A DNA stretch of 64,000 nt from Dimorphilus gyrociliatus (lineage: Eukaryota > Animalia > Annelida). Below, piece after piece: positions 23,540 to 37,308 of the stretch; within the stretch, counting starts at the first letter, position 1; every line of letters begins with the position of its first letter. Below the pieces are notes generated by a model. The model saw only the letters and a program-made list of their open reading frames with translations. It did no database searches and was not told the origin of the DNA. The position numbers and the translations under genes were made by a program. The DNA lies in contig CAJFCJ010000006.1 of the NCBI GenBank assembly GCA_904063045.1, positions 3,364,408-3,428,407 on the forward strand, in the 5' to 3' direction.

Positions 23540-26500
23540 TTAGGATGATGGATGGATAGCATTCTTCGAATATTTCTGATATTTCGTTATTTGCAGATTT
23601 TTAAGCGTTAAAAGGGAATGAAAAGAAGAGCGTAATTAATAATTTATTATATAAAAAAAAAAATTTGAAATATTTCACCTTCATTTCTACATTCTCGTTG
23701 CTCTTCTCTTCTAATTTATCTTTCCTAAACGGTTTACACGAGAATAGACGACGTGAGCAGGGTAAGATGTATTTTTCATCTTCTTCAGACATCTTATGGA
23801 AACCAGTTATCCAACTTACTATCAATCCAACGATAACACACGTTAAAGTACCAACAAGAGATACATACATAAAAGATATTCTAAAAAGACCGAAAACATT
23901 ATCTTTATTCTGAGGTACCGGAGAAAAGGTTAAATTGTACATGTGACATCTTGATATATTAGTGTCCAATCTTCCCGAATGAGGTCTTTCAATATATTGA
24001 CCCACAGCAATAGTTAGATTTAAAACTGCCCCAAAAAGTGCACCAAACAATGCTCCATACCAGTTGGCGCATGGGAAAAAACCACCTAAAATGAAAAGAC
24101 CGAAAACTGGACCAGCCATTCCACCTGATAAAGTTGTTGAAGCCTGTAAAACGTGACCACCCAACTGCGCAGCTAGGAATGCCATTCCTATTGCAATTAT
24201 ACCCGAAATGACAACAATAACTTTTGATATGATTGTTTTTTTTCTTTCAGGTAGGTAATAAAATTTTAGTTCCAAAATGTCTTTCCATACTATTGCAGAA
24301 ATTGAATTCAAAGAAGACGAAACTGATGATAGAGCCCCAGAGAATAATACAGATACAAACAACCCCGATAATCCATTTATTCCTATTTCATTTGTAATAA
24401 AAAACGGTAGAAGTTGATTTTGGCTGCGCATTACTGCTCTCCCTCCATTTACAGTCCTTGCCCTTAAGGGATCGCATCCAACTTTATCATAATAAGTGAA
24501 AACCACTAAACCAGTTATGCATACTAAGGTATAGCTGATAATGTAAGCAGGAGTTAATAATATTGTAGACAGTTGAGCTTTTCTTAAAGAAGGTAGAGAA
24601 CAAAAACGTTGTACAGATACCTGACCTGTGCCTGTATTTGAGATAATTTGGGAAAATCGTCCAATAATTACAGTCCAAAATGATAATCTTATTAAAGGAT
24701 TTGGATTCATACTGTTGTTTTTAAATTAAAAATTAACTCAAAACAAATAAACAAATAAATTAAATATTGTCTTATTAAGTTATTACTTGTCGAACTTTAG
24801 CCGATTCATAGCTTTCGCCCTTTGAAATACAATCGACAATCCTCCAACCTTTTTCGCACCCTGTTTTAAGTGGTAAATTGATTGTTATTGGGTGAAGAGA
24901 TGATAAGATAAATATATACGGAACCAGACATAAAATACTATTGCAAAATACATGTCGTTTTTTTTATATAAAAGCCTTTTTTACCATTTTCCTATCTAAT
25001 ACGTATAACAAATCTTAAAGTATTGTTTACAATATTAACAGTTTATTCTATCTCTACTCCTCGCCCCTGCCTCTCTCTCGCTCTCTCTCTTTCTCTCTCG
25101 CTCAGTCACTCTCTATTTCTATTCTTAGATGAAAAATTATTAGAGAACTTTGACTTTCGTACTCCAATTATTTTATAATAGAAACAACGTTAATATAAGA
25201 ATTCGACTTTGAAAATATCTGCCAAGACTATTACTTGTTTTGTTTTTTCTTTTTCGTTTGCTTGTTGATCATTCCATCTGTCTTCAGTTTTACGATAACA
25301 AATATTTTGTCTATTTTATTAAGATAACTTATATTACTTTGCTAGTGAAAAATGTTCATTCAATATATTGTTTAATATCGTTTTAACTTCACTTTAGAAT
25401 TGAAATAACGTTTAAATTAGAATTTCCGACATATAAGGAACAAATCATCTTTTTCCACGTATACTAGTTAGGCTGTTATACGCAATTCTTTTAGAGATGT
25501 TTATATCAATATTATCAAGGAAATTTTACTTATTGTCAACATCTTTCTCTCAACAAGTGTTTTTTCCTTTCTAAAATATATGACTGACTGCACGTAGAGT
25601 ATAGTATATCTGGTACTGCAAATATTTGTGTGTATACAGTATATACTGTATGTGATGAATCAAGGATTTTACTTCAACTAGAATTACAATAAGACCGATA
25701 AACATAACCAAGGCTTGGAAGACATCTGTCCATACGACTGCTTTGAATCCACCCTAAATAAGAATCTAATACAGAGTTTTCGCAACAAAATATAATAGTA
25801 ATACACACCAAAGTTGTATAAATAGTGCAGACAACGGACATTACCAGTAAACTAGCCCATACTGGTATGTTTGTCACTTAAAAAAAAAAGAACAATTGAC
25901 AGTAAAAAACAAACTGCCACTTAAATTTTGGAAAGGCTAAACAATATTTTCTTTTACAAACCGGCATCCAAGGCTATTGCTGGGGAAAACATTGCAATGC
26001 CTGTGTAGAGTACCTACAAAATTAATGGTAATTTTTTTATTACAGTAAATATTAGTCCAATGAAGAAAAAAGCAACAAAAGATACCGTTGATATTAAGAT
26101 GCAAATACTTCCGACCAGTTTAACTGATTTTGACTTGAATCTCATTTCTAAGTACTGTATAAGCAAGAATTTAATATTAATGATTAAGTAGTGACATTTT
26201 CACAAAAGGTTTATATTACTTCGAAGGATGACGTTAATTTTAAAGGATAGAATAACGGTACAAAAATTAAAGCTGCAATTATATATGCTACAGTTGCTCC
26301 GACAGGTGCTAACCACATTTGAGCTCCGTGTAGGTACATCTCCGCCGTATTCCCTAATACCATTACCGCCGATGTAACAGACATAAACATTGAAAGAGAA
26401 ATTGGGATAACTCTTAAGTTTCTGTTTATTACAATTTAAATGGTAAAATAGATTATAAACTAATAAATCATACCTATTTCCCAAGAAATATTCATCCGTA

Positions 26501-26685
26501 GTCTTTTCACGATTTCCAGTTAAAGCATAATAAGCACCAATTAGCAATGATACAATAAGTGGTACTATTGCAATTAAAACAGTAATATTCTATTTATAAA
26601 TTATTTCATTCGTACTGAAAATCTTACCAGCAAATAAAACGTAATCTAACCATTTAAATGGTGCTTTTAAATCTTGAACGTCCAT
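23540..26685 (-). CDS. Sodium:solute symporter, SLC5A6/A8/A12-like (SMVT/SMCT)
   Basis: DEYFLGNR, SAVMVLGNTAEMY, YLEMRF, GGFKAVVWTDVFQ, SVQRFCS, GLFVSVLFSGALSSVSSSLNS, and GPVFGLFILG. Confidence 0.9.
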
Positions 26686-26827
26686 TTATATAATATTTAA
26701 TAATCTGCTGTTTAAAATGTATCCAATACTTCTCACTGTAAAAAAACTATGCACAGAGGAATCAGTTGAAATATAGGTCTTTAAGTATAAACTACAACTG
26801 ATAAGATTGTAACACTTTGCGAAGATA

Positions 26828-26852
<25 letters not shown>
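26828..26852. repeat. (TA)n microsatellite
   Basis: Direct reading. Confidence 0.9.
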
Positions 26853-26858
<6 letters not shown>

Positions 26859-27298
26859 TAATGTATAAAAATACCCACAAAATCACTTTAATAAACTTGG
26901 ACTTTCTTATTGTAGAGAGCAAGCAATGTGATAGCATCACTTTTAAAAGTAAAATAGATATTTTAAGATATTATAAAGGTCTTACATGGTCGATTATATA
27001 CTAAATTTGCATGTTGTTATCAATGAAATATACTGATAAAATCTAAAAATCTAAAGTCGCTTTATGCATGTTTAACAAACAAAAAAACATCTCTTTTTAT
27101 GGACAATAAATCAATATGGATTACTCATGAAAACCCTTAAAATCCTTTTAAAAGTATCTATTGAATATATACAGTATATATGTATATATACTACGCGAAA
27201 CATCTTGAACTTTAATCCATTCCGGATTAATGATTTATTCATAGTTAAAAATTATTACGGAGACAGACTGCATTCTAGAATTTTTTCAATAGTTGACT

Positions 27299-28201
27299 AT
27301 GGTTTCAAGAAACTTATCTCTCTTTTTTAAGTTAACTGCAATTGGGATTGTATTTATTCTCTTTCAAGCTTATTTACTATGGATATTTTCTCTTAGTAAG
27401 CCAGTGGAAAAGATCTCTTGTTCAGTTAATACATGTAATTGTACTAAATCAAATAAACATTTACTAGGTCTGGTGATTATTCTATCTTCTCCTGGTAATC
27501 GTTACGAACGTCAACTAATTAGAAAGAGTTATATGAAGGATATCAATAAAATAACAAACTTACGTTTAATCTTTGCGGTTGGCTTAACCGAAGAAGAAAC
27601 TATTCAAAATGAAATAGATAGGGAACTAGAGGATTTCGACGACATAATTCAAGTTGACGTGTACGATTGTTTAAGAAATACTACAGCTAAACACATCGCA
27701 TCCTTAAACTATATTTACAGTTGTATAAGGACCAGTTATGTAATAAAAGTAGATGACAACATTTTAATTAATGTAAAAAATCTTTTAAATTACTTACAAA
27801 ACAACATTGAAAACTTGTCAAAAGGTGAAATATGTTCAATTAAAAAACACGTTAAAGTGGACAGATATATCTTTCGAGATCATTACATAACAAACGAAGA
27901 CTTTGAAGGTGATTTCTACCCAAAACACTGCGAAAGTTTTGCCTATATAACAAGCTCCCAAATGGTTTGGATATTGGTAAAAATCTCTCAACTTTATCAA
28001 AATTATTATTTTATGGATAATGTTTTTCTAACTGGAATTGTTAATGATATTATAGACGGAGATCTTATTAACTTTCCCGAATATTCTATAGCAAACTTTT
28101 CGGAAAGTTCCAACTTTGATAGAGTTCTATTTTTTCGTCCAAAGTATAAATTGACAAAAGAAGATGAATGGCTAAGCATATGGAATAGAATTAGAATTTA
28201 A
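27299..28201 (+). CDS. GT31 beta-1,3-galactosyl/GlcNAc-transferase-like type II membrane protein, single exon, degenerate catalytic motifs
   Basis: N-terminal TM anchor, IILSSPGNRYERQLIRKSY, DIIQVDVYD..RNTTAK, YVIKVDDNILIN, YPKHC, and MDNVFLTG. Confidence 0.85.
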   Translation: MVSRNLSLFFKLTAIGIVFILFQAYLLWIFSLSKPVEKISCSVNTCNCTKSNKHLLGLVIILSSPGNRYERQLIRKSYMKDINKITNLRLIFAVGLTEEETIQNEIDRELEDFDDIIQVDVYDCLRNTTAKHIASLNYIYSCIRTSYVIKVDDNILINVKNLLNYLQNNIENLSKGEICSIKKHVKVDRYIFRDHYITNEDFEGDFYPKHCESFAYITSSQMVWILVKISQLYQNYYFMDNVFLTGIVNDIIDGDLINFPEYSIANFSESSNFDRVLFFRPKYKLTKEDEWLSIWNRIRI

Positions 28202-29043
28202 ATTATGTATGTGTTAAGTATATAAAAGAAGGTATATTAATTGATTACGAAAGAGAGGAGTCTTCGAACGATTGATAAACTTTACAGAACGGGAAGAGAA
28301 CACCTTATCTATCTGCAACAGAACTTATAGAATTCAATACAATTTTATCACAGTCAGACATGTAGAGATGTTTTCCTAAATCTGGGGCAAATTAGGATGA
28401 ATGATGAATAAAAGAGTCTTTCCTTCCATAACAATAAACATATTCCTGCTATGCGCATGATACTCAGTTTTATTATAATTTACATAGAGAACTTATGTTA
28501 ATGTATTAAGAAAACTCTAGAAACAAAGATAATTTTTCTCAAAGGTCTTTGTAGTAATCATCCTAGACTCATTTTCTCTGCGTACAAGTAGTGTTTATAA
28601 TACATGAATCTTCCTTAAAACAATCTTGAAGAGGCTTACCTACGTATAGAAAATAATCGTGTAGATTACCTCAATTAGATTATCTAATATTAAAAATAGA
28701 AAAGAAATTAAATTACAATCTATAAGGTAAATTAATAATTAATTAAATAATAGGAAATGGTTTGAAATGAACTTTCCCTGGCTTACTTATAGTTTTTCAT
28801 CTAAATATATATTCAATCTTGTTGAGAGTGTTATTAATTTGTAAGAAAAGTAGCTATGACATTTAAATCAGTTTGACATAAATAAACAATAATAATTATG
28901 AACGAAAACTGATCAATTTACGTATGTTTCATATGTCATATCTTCAAGTTTCGCAATAAATTTTATTTTTATATGTCCTATATATAAAACATCAATTGTA
29001 CTTGTTACTTTATATCTCAATATTCTCCCTGAAAAAGATTAAA

Positions 29044-29058
29044 TGTAGATGGCGCCCA
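29044..29058 (+). promoter_or_regulatory. CTCF-like motif (TGTAGATGGCGCCCA)
   Basis: AGATGGCGC core in intergenic DNA. Confidence 0.4.
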
Positions 29059-29397
29059 CCTATGGATAAAGAATATGAGGAAAGAGAAATAGAATTAAAC
29101 AATAATTTAAAAAAAAAATTAAAATACAGCATTTAATTGATTTTATCGAAGAAATTCCGTTCCATTGTTCGAGATTTAAAGGTTCAATTTTCACTTGAAT
29201 AATAGACAATTGAATATTATGATAAATGTAACGCTATTTGTATAGAGGAAAATCGAAAATCTGAATCAATTATTTCAAAAAGGATGTAACTCTTGAATTA
29301 ATAAAAATTTCAGTTTGTTATTATCGATCGATCAGTCTCTGCGAATACAAAATGTGCAGGATAGTCTATTGCTGAGCAGTCATAACCTTGAAACGGT

Positions 29398-30545
29398 ATG
29401 GAGAGAATCGTCTATATCAGTACGATATTCAATTTACTAATTATTCTTGGAGCTGGCTTACGATGTAAAAAAGGAAATGCAGATTTCTTATATGCCATAG
29501 CAAGTCAACAGAACGTCGAATGTGGATCAAAGGTAAGCTTTTTTGTTCATAAAATATATTCCACATACTAATATATATTCATATTTAATTACAGCTATGC
29601 GCTTCTAAAGTAAAGTATGATGGAGGACAACTATCTATTCAAAACGAATGTCATTCACAATCAGAATGCAATTCAAAAACACAGCAATACTCTGCTAGTT
29701 GTATAAATTTAACACCTTCGAATAAGATCCAAGAGTGTTATAAATGTTGTTCTACGGAACTATGCAATGACAGCATATTTACAAGTAATCTATTATTTAA
29801 CGATTTAAAGTTCTCTGCAGTGATTTGTTTTTATCGATTTTATATATATTGTTTATAGGATCCGGAAGTAGTTGCCAACCTGGAGAGTTTCAATTTCCAT
29901 CGGATGATTCTCATTGCTATTTTCTATCTAGTAGACATAAACGATCTTTTGATAACGGTGTGAACCATTGTAAGTCTGCGATGCTGTCAAAGTTATCGGA
30001 TACTTCTTCAACGAACGATTTAAATTACTTGAAAGACGTTATGAAGAAATTTGGTAATAAGAAAAAAAAACTCTTTCTTTATAGCTGATAAACAAGGGAA
30101 TAATATTTTCTTTTTTACTCTATTACAGATATAAACAACGTCTGGCTTGCATACAGGGGAATGATTTCATCTAACCAAATATATAACTACTATATTAATA
30201 GTTATGTCGAAAATCCTTTTGATGATAGCCCTTTAAGCAGTTCAAATGTTTATGTTCAATTCTATAATTCTGGCGTTCTAGACTTTGAAAAAGCCGATAA
30301 AGACGCCGCTATGCTTTGTAAAAGGCCTGTAACTCCTTTAACTAATACAGAAACCACAACGATTCCAATCTCAACTTTAAACCTGCTTACAAGTATTTAT
30401 GAGCTCTTATTACTTGATATTGACAAAAAATTTACAGATAATACATTCCTTTTTTTTCACCTAGCTAAACTATCTACCAACAAGCCCACCACAACTCAAG
30501 TCACAACTGATGCTAAAACAGAAATAGGTACCACTCAACGAGGAG
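29398..30545 (+). CDS. Secreted Ly6/uPAR (three-finger) + C-type lectin-like + Thr-rich protein; 3' end unresolved
   Basis: Signal peptide, then a 10-Cys domain ending CCSTELCN, then CQPGEFQFPSDDSHCYF...C...VWLAY...MLCKRP, then a Thr-rich stalk. Exons 29398-29532, 29595-29784, 29859-30053 and from 30129 join in phase. Confidence 0.75.
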
Positions 30546-32068
30546 GTAAGGAAAACTAATGAAAAAATTGGTAAAAAAAAATCCAGTGCTCAATGAAATT
30601 TAAAACAATTTTATAGTTTAGTTTAGCATTTAATCATATTTTCCCAAGGAAATTTTAGTATCCTAGAATTTTTAAGGTTGGTAAATCACAAACACGATAA
30701 TAGGAGATATTTTGAAGATAAGAGAAAAATTCGAATCAAAACAACGTAAACCTGGTAACAACCATCTGAAGACGGAGAATATTTTCCATTCGATCGTTGA
30801 GAAATCGTTGGCTCGTGACCAAGATATTAAACCTAAATCTCATCGTTTATACTTTTATGTTAAACAGATAAATTAGAAGGAAAGATATAAAAGCTCTACT
30901 TCATTTTAGTTACAAGATAATTGTACTTGAAAATTATATCAATTCATAAAAACAATAAATACTCTTCTTGTACTAATATATTCACATTTACACGATAGAT
31001 ATGGTAAAACCTAAACAGTTTTTATTACGTATTTAAATAGGTCAGTTATTATGTGCGAGTAAAGAGAAGAAAATATAACCGCCTCAAAGTTAATATGTCA
31101 CTTATCGTATCATAGTACAACGTTCAAATTAAATTGATAAAATAGGATTTTTTGTTCATAGCCCTATTAAATACATTTCATATTTAACTAAGTTAACTCT
31201 GTTACCCCTATTCACGATATAGCCTTATTGACAGACAACATTCCAACAGACTACATCATTAATAGGTTTAAAGTACACTTAAAAATTATGTTTATTGAAA
31301 AAAAGATGGATTTTTTTAGAAATAATTAGGCTCAAGAAATATGAATTTATGAATGAAGCGTTTTTATGTTACCTCTTCCCGTTCAATAGATGTCACAACA
31401 AAATACTTATATTTACATTATGATCATTAAATAACTAGTACAATTGAATAAAAACATATTTATTGTTAAGTCCAAATTCTTTTTTATGACAAGTGGGTCA
31501 CGTATAAACAAATCACGATTATTTCCCAAAACCCACCTTGTTATGCTTGTTATATTTCATTGTTATCTCAAATTCAATAAAAATTGTATTTATATATACT
31601 GTATATATAAAACGAGTACTATTTTGAGAATGCTGTGGTTTTTGGTTAGAAATCGTTAAACATTAATAGATTACTTGTTTGTTCGTGATGGAATAAAAAC
31701 AATAGACTAATTGTGGAAAAAATTTTAAGATACATTATAAAATAATAGCTAACTAGATTAATTAGATAATCAGTAACGTTGAGATAGTAGTTTTATTATC
31801 CTTTAAAAAATAAAAGACGGGGTGAGAAGGATGGAAGGTAAAATGAAATATGTATATAATATATGTTGAAAGAAAGACATACAGCAAAAGAAAGAACAAA
31901 TGCATATACTATATAGATAAGTATATATACTGTATATATATATTATAGTAAAATGTAAAGATACAGTTTCATTATAATAAAAATCTATTACCCTTAAAAT
32001 ATTAACCTGCTGACACAGTTAATTTGTCCTGATAACTATGATAATCTTCTTTAACATTAAATAACATG

Positions 32069-33234
32069 TTAGACGATATTTTCCCTTTGTTTATTGTAGT
32101 TATTCCTCCCATTTCGACCATTTGTAGTTACTTTAGATATGGTGACGTTTAGCGTGAGTGCACTTATAAAATCAGGTAATTGATATTCATTCGGTATAGA
32201 TGAATGAGTGTTCTCCTCTAGAAAGTTTATGAACATATTCCATGGATTCCTCTTCCGCCTATTGTTTGTCCTTAAATTTGTATTATCAGCATAGGCGTGA
32301 TAAAACGAAAAACTCTGATAAGTTATAAACCATGCTAAAATCACATCAACTGTATAATGATCGTGAGCATAGATCAGTAATACCATTACAGATAAACAAA
32401 GTAATTTATACAGCCAGTGTATTAACACCCAACTTGATGGTGTATATTCAAGCATAGTTAAGGTCAGTACAACAGCGTTAAGAGTATGACCGCTGTAGAT
32501 ATAATCACCACACATTGCAGCTGAGTTAATTGACATCCCCATTCCCTTTAGTATAAGAAACATACGATTTATTTGCTCTTGATAACTTTTTGTTTTTTCC
32601 TATGAAAAAAATGATATAAAACAATATTTGCGTTTCGTATTAATTAAAGAAAAGAAACTTAATTAATGACATGTTTAGAGAAACTATGTATATCTAATTA
32701 CCAAACTAGAGCACCGAGAATGAGTTGCAGTCGGAGCAGGTAATGAGGTAACGCTCATTGTTATACATCTAAGCAGCATAAGTGATCCCATTATAAATAG
32801 CGATCTTCTCATAATGATACATCTTTTAAAAAATAAGTTAAAAATTTTTAATGTTCAACCTCTTATTTCTATAGTTTACGAACACAATATTTCTCTTATG
32901 ACAAAGGAGACAGAGAAATATATATATATATATATTGTAAGAATAAGTAATTATTTAATTACCTGTGTTTATGAAGAATGCATAAACATACACATGATAT
33001 AATTAATACTACAATAACAATTTCGCATAGTGGTAAGGCCCAAAACCTGTACTCAATCTTTTCCAGGAATACATCAGGTAATTGTGAAAACTTTCCTATT
33101 TGTGGTAGTCTATCATGAACAACGACGGTCATTACAGCTGACATCGATAAAGCAAACGCCCAATAGAAAGCCACTATTAGAAGTTTATTTAAATCCTTTG
33201 GGGGATCAGTCTTCATCACCTCATGATCAGCCAT
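32069..33234 (-). CDS. SGMS: Sphingomyelin synthase family protein (no SAM domain), 3-4 exons
   Basis: VHDRLP, LPDVF, LLRCITMSVTSLP, CGDYIYSGHT, and AHDHYTVDV; the catalytic H-H-D residues are intact. Confidence 0.9.
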
Positions 33235-34326
33235 ATCCTACTTAATTAGCAACGTACGTAAAGCTTTCCTTGATATTTTTCGACGAGTATTGCTATGAAT
33301 CACTCATTGTATACTGTTCGCTTAGTCAAACTGATATGGCCGCTTCTTGTTATCTTATCTCAAACGTTGTATTTGTACTGGTGATGAAAGATTCTGGCGT
33401 CTGGATGAGAGTTGCATAGTTAAAGAAATACTTATATTTCACATTTAATGACAAAGCCCAACTCTGAAATGCTAAAAAAAAATTATATTGTCGATATTTA
33501 TTTCAAAAAGAAATCAATTTGAATGCACTGTATAGTATACATTTTTCTAAATTATCTAAATAGGCCTGTACTAAAACTTATACACTGTAAAGGTGATTCA
33601 AGAAAGACTATGATAACCTAACTGATATAATTAAGCCTCTAGTTTTTCACTATGACAGTTATAGAATCCATAAGTATCTTATTATAATTCAGATAGCCCA
33701 TTAACTAACTATTATGGATTAATTGTATTCTTCATGTTTTTGACTAAATATATTGTTCTTGTCAAAGTTTCCTTAATAATCTAAAGGAGCTTTAATTAAA
33801 AAGATAGTTGTTTTTTTTATAGATAGTCTTCAAAATTATAAAATATGTCACTATAAAGCCTAAATTTTAATAAAATACACGATCTTTATTGATTCACATA
33901 ATTATATAATGGTTATATTGTGATCTTTGTTTCGATTCTTCTTTCTATTTAGAGAGCTAAGCTTATTTGCATAAATTGATAAAATATGATGATATATGGA
34001 AGGAAAGTATGACTTTGTGTCCTTCACTTATGACTTTTCTCAGTAAGAAGAATTAATTGGGAATCTTAATCTTATCAGTAAAGCAGAATGAATAGTTTTC
34101 AAAATTTTACTCATTCCCGCCAAAAATCTATACCAGTTTCCTCTAACAAATATAACTCTTATACTTCTTAAGCATGAATCAGTTTCCACGTTTATTTTAT
34201 CGTTTATCAAAGATAATCAAGTCTCTTTTCAAGCCTATAAATGAATCTCCCACTTTTTATCAGAAATCTAGTCAAAAAGGAGGAGGTGCCATCGTTTTAA
34301 ATGGAAATACAAATTCTCCAGTGAAA

Positions 34327-37308
34327 ATGACCTGCTACACAATTTTTTTGTTTGTTGCATGCTGCTTAATTATTTCCTACTGTAATATACCAGTTTTACC
34401 ACTGACTGATCCTGATAGTCTACCTTTTAGGAATACTTCTCTTCCTCTGCATTTAAGGGTTAACGATTTGGTGAACAGGTAACTTTGCTTTCTCTTAAGA
34501 AATGCGTATTGATAATATTTGTATTTGTTTTTATAGATTAACTTTGGAGGAAATACAGGAGCAAAGTCAAGCTTTATATGGGAGAGCAACTCCAGCAATT
34601 AGAAGACTAGCAATAAAACCTTATATATGGATAACGGAGTGCCTACATGGTCAGGTGGGAGCAAACTCAACTTCATACCCACAATCTCTTGGTCTGTCAT
34701 CTTCATTCAGGTAAATAATTAATCAGCAGTAAAAAATTTTTTTACATTAATGTAATGTCTCTATTTCATGAATTATGTAGCCGGGATTTGCTTTTCAATA
34801 TGTCAACTGCTGTTAGTACGGAAGTCAGGGCTCAGTGGAATAACAAAGTTCAGCATAATCAATATGTTACCAGTTTTGGCTTGAACTGCTTCTCGCCTGT
34901 TGTTAACATTATGAGGCATCCATTATGGGGAAGAAATCAAGAAACTTACGGTGAAGATCCCTATCTAAGCGGTGAATTGGCAAAAAACTTTATAAGAGGT
35001 TTAAGGGGCCAAGATAAAAGATATGTAAAAGTTGGTACTACCTGTAAACATTTTGATGCTCATGGAGGACCAGAGAATATACCATCTTCAAGATTTTCAT
35101 TTGACGCTAAAGTTTGTTCTTTAGAATAAAAATATCTCGGTTTTGTAACTTAATTATACACAGGTTGCAATGAGAGATTGGAGAATGACGTTTCTTCCTC
35201 AATTCAGAGCTTGTAACGATGCTGGTACTGATGGTTATATGTGTAGCTATAATAGGTATAAAAATTTTATTGAATAACAAGGGAATAAAAAAGTACTTTT
35301 ATATACGAAAATTACTATTTTATCAGTATCAATGGAGTACCTGCATGCGCTAATGAGTTTCTATTAAAAGATATTACTAGGAAGGAGTGGAAATTTAAAG
35401 GTTATATTATAAGCGATTCTGGAGCTATAGTAAACATAAGAACCTATCATAATTATACAAAGACTGATGTGGAAACGGTTGCTACAGCTATTAAAGCTGG
35501 AACTAATATAGAATTAACAGGTCCACCAGCTGTCTACTCAAACATGCTTAAAGCTATACAAACAGGTTTATTAACAGGTATATCGAGCTTTAACAACACT
35601 AGTTATTATAGAATTATTAATTGTTACATTATTAACAGAACAAGAAGTGCGCGAAAATGTTAAAATTCTAATGAAGTTTCGCTTTCAAATTGGAGAGTTT
35701 GATCCTCCAGCAAATATACCATACAACAAACTTGGCATGGAACAAGTACAAAAATTAGAGCATAGACAATTATCTTTAAAAGCTGCCCAAATGTCATTCG
35801 TTCTTCTAAAGAATAGAAATAATTTCCTCCCTCTTAAAACAAGACTTAAAAAAGTTACAGTAAGCCTATTGTAACATACATCTTCTAGTCATAGCGAGTA
35901 AAATTTATCTATTGTATATTTTATTCTCGTAAGGTTGTCGGTCCAATGGCTAATAATTCAAATCAAATGTTTGGAGACTATGGTTCAATGAACGTTGAGA
36001 AGTTTACAACAACGCCTTACCAGGCCTTTTTAAAAATCGCCGAAAATATTTTTTACGAGCCTGGCTGTCTTGATAAAGATATGACAAAATGTACTCGATA
36101 TAATCGCACATCGGTTATTCAATCAGTTAAAAAAGGCGATATTATCTTTCTATGTTTAGGAACTGGACCGGTATGAAAACTTGAAATTTAATACAACTAT
36201 TAATAACAAAAAGATAATTCTTATATAATAGGTACTCGAATCTGAATCAAATGATAGAAGGTCACTAAATCTACCTGGAAAACAACTAGATCTACTCAAG
36301 GATGTCGTTGAACAGAGTAATCGAAATTTTTTTATTGCTCTTCTTATCACTATAATTGTGTTATATTTCTTTTTAAATAGGTAATGGAAAACCTATAGTT
36401 TTATTACTCTTTAATGCTGGACCACTCGATATTAGTTATGCAGAAAAAGAAAACAGAATATTAGCTATTTTAGAATGCTTTTTTCCTGGTCAAACTACTG
36501 GAGAAGCTATTATAAGAACATTAATGATGAAAGACGGCCATGTGTCTGTTCCAGCTGCCCGATTAACGGCAACGTGGTACAAATCCTTAAATCAGGCAAG
36601 ATTAAATTGTTTAACTATAAAACAAACAAGACAACAACTATCAAAAAAATATGCTTTTTATATAGATTCCTCCTATAACTGATTATACAATGAAAGAGAG
36701 AACGTACCGCTATTTTACTCAAGAACCCTTATACCCTTTCGGCTATGGACTCTCTTATTCCACGTAAATTAACGATTTCTCTTTTAATTCATTAATTTTA
36801 TTTATATAGAATAAAAGATAAGATAAGAATCTTTTTCATTAATTTAGATTCCATTATACCGAAATGTCTTGGCCTGAAGCTATTAAGGGAGGTGAAACTC
36901 TTCGTGGTCAAGTTGTTGTTACTAATACTGGCAATTACGAAGCCGATGAAGTAAGTTTAAATATTCCATTAAAGAACCTTAATAAAGAAATATATATATT
37001 TATATATATGATATTAATAGGTTGTACAAGTATATATTTCCTGGAATACAACGGAAAATAGACCTAAGATTCAATTGGTTCAATTTGAAAGAGTAACCAT
37101 TCCTAGAGGAATAAGTTACAATGTAAAATTTGCTATAAACCCCAGAAGTTTGGCATTGTGGATGGACGATAAAACTAAATTCCTAATTCCTAAAGGAAAA
37201 ATTACATTGTTCGTTGGAGGTCAACAACCTGGACAGAAGAAAAATGTTGGCAGTAATATATTACAAACAGAAGTGTTGATAGAAACTTCAGCACACATTG
37301 CACCTTAA
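34327..37308 (+). CDS. Glycoside hydrolase family 3 beta-xylosidase/alpha-arabinosidase-like, secreted, about 12 exons (upstream in-frame ATG at 34174)
   Basis: PFRNTSLP..RVNDLV.RLTLEE, TECLHG, RHPLWGRNQETYGEDP, CKHFDAH, MCSYN, GYIISDSGAI (nucleophile Asp), LESESNDR, YPFGYGLSY, and an Fn3-like tail. Confidence 0.92.

Noticed and set aside
28260-28900. Mixed-composition patches with minus-strand splice-like signals
   Set aside because: No phase-consistent open exon chain could be built.
30600-31700. Possible small exons (either the tail of the LU-CTLD gene or a minus-strand gene)
   Set aside because: Every tested join hit stops or was ambiguous; RNA-seq is needed.
23540-37308. SLC5 + GT31 + GH3 as a sugar-utilisation cluster
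   Set aside because: The SLC5 is SMVT/SMCT-type rather than SGLT, and the genes are interrupted by unrelated loci.
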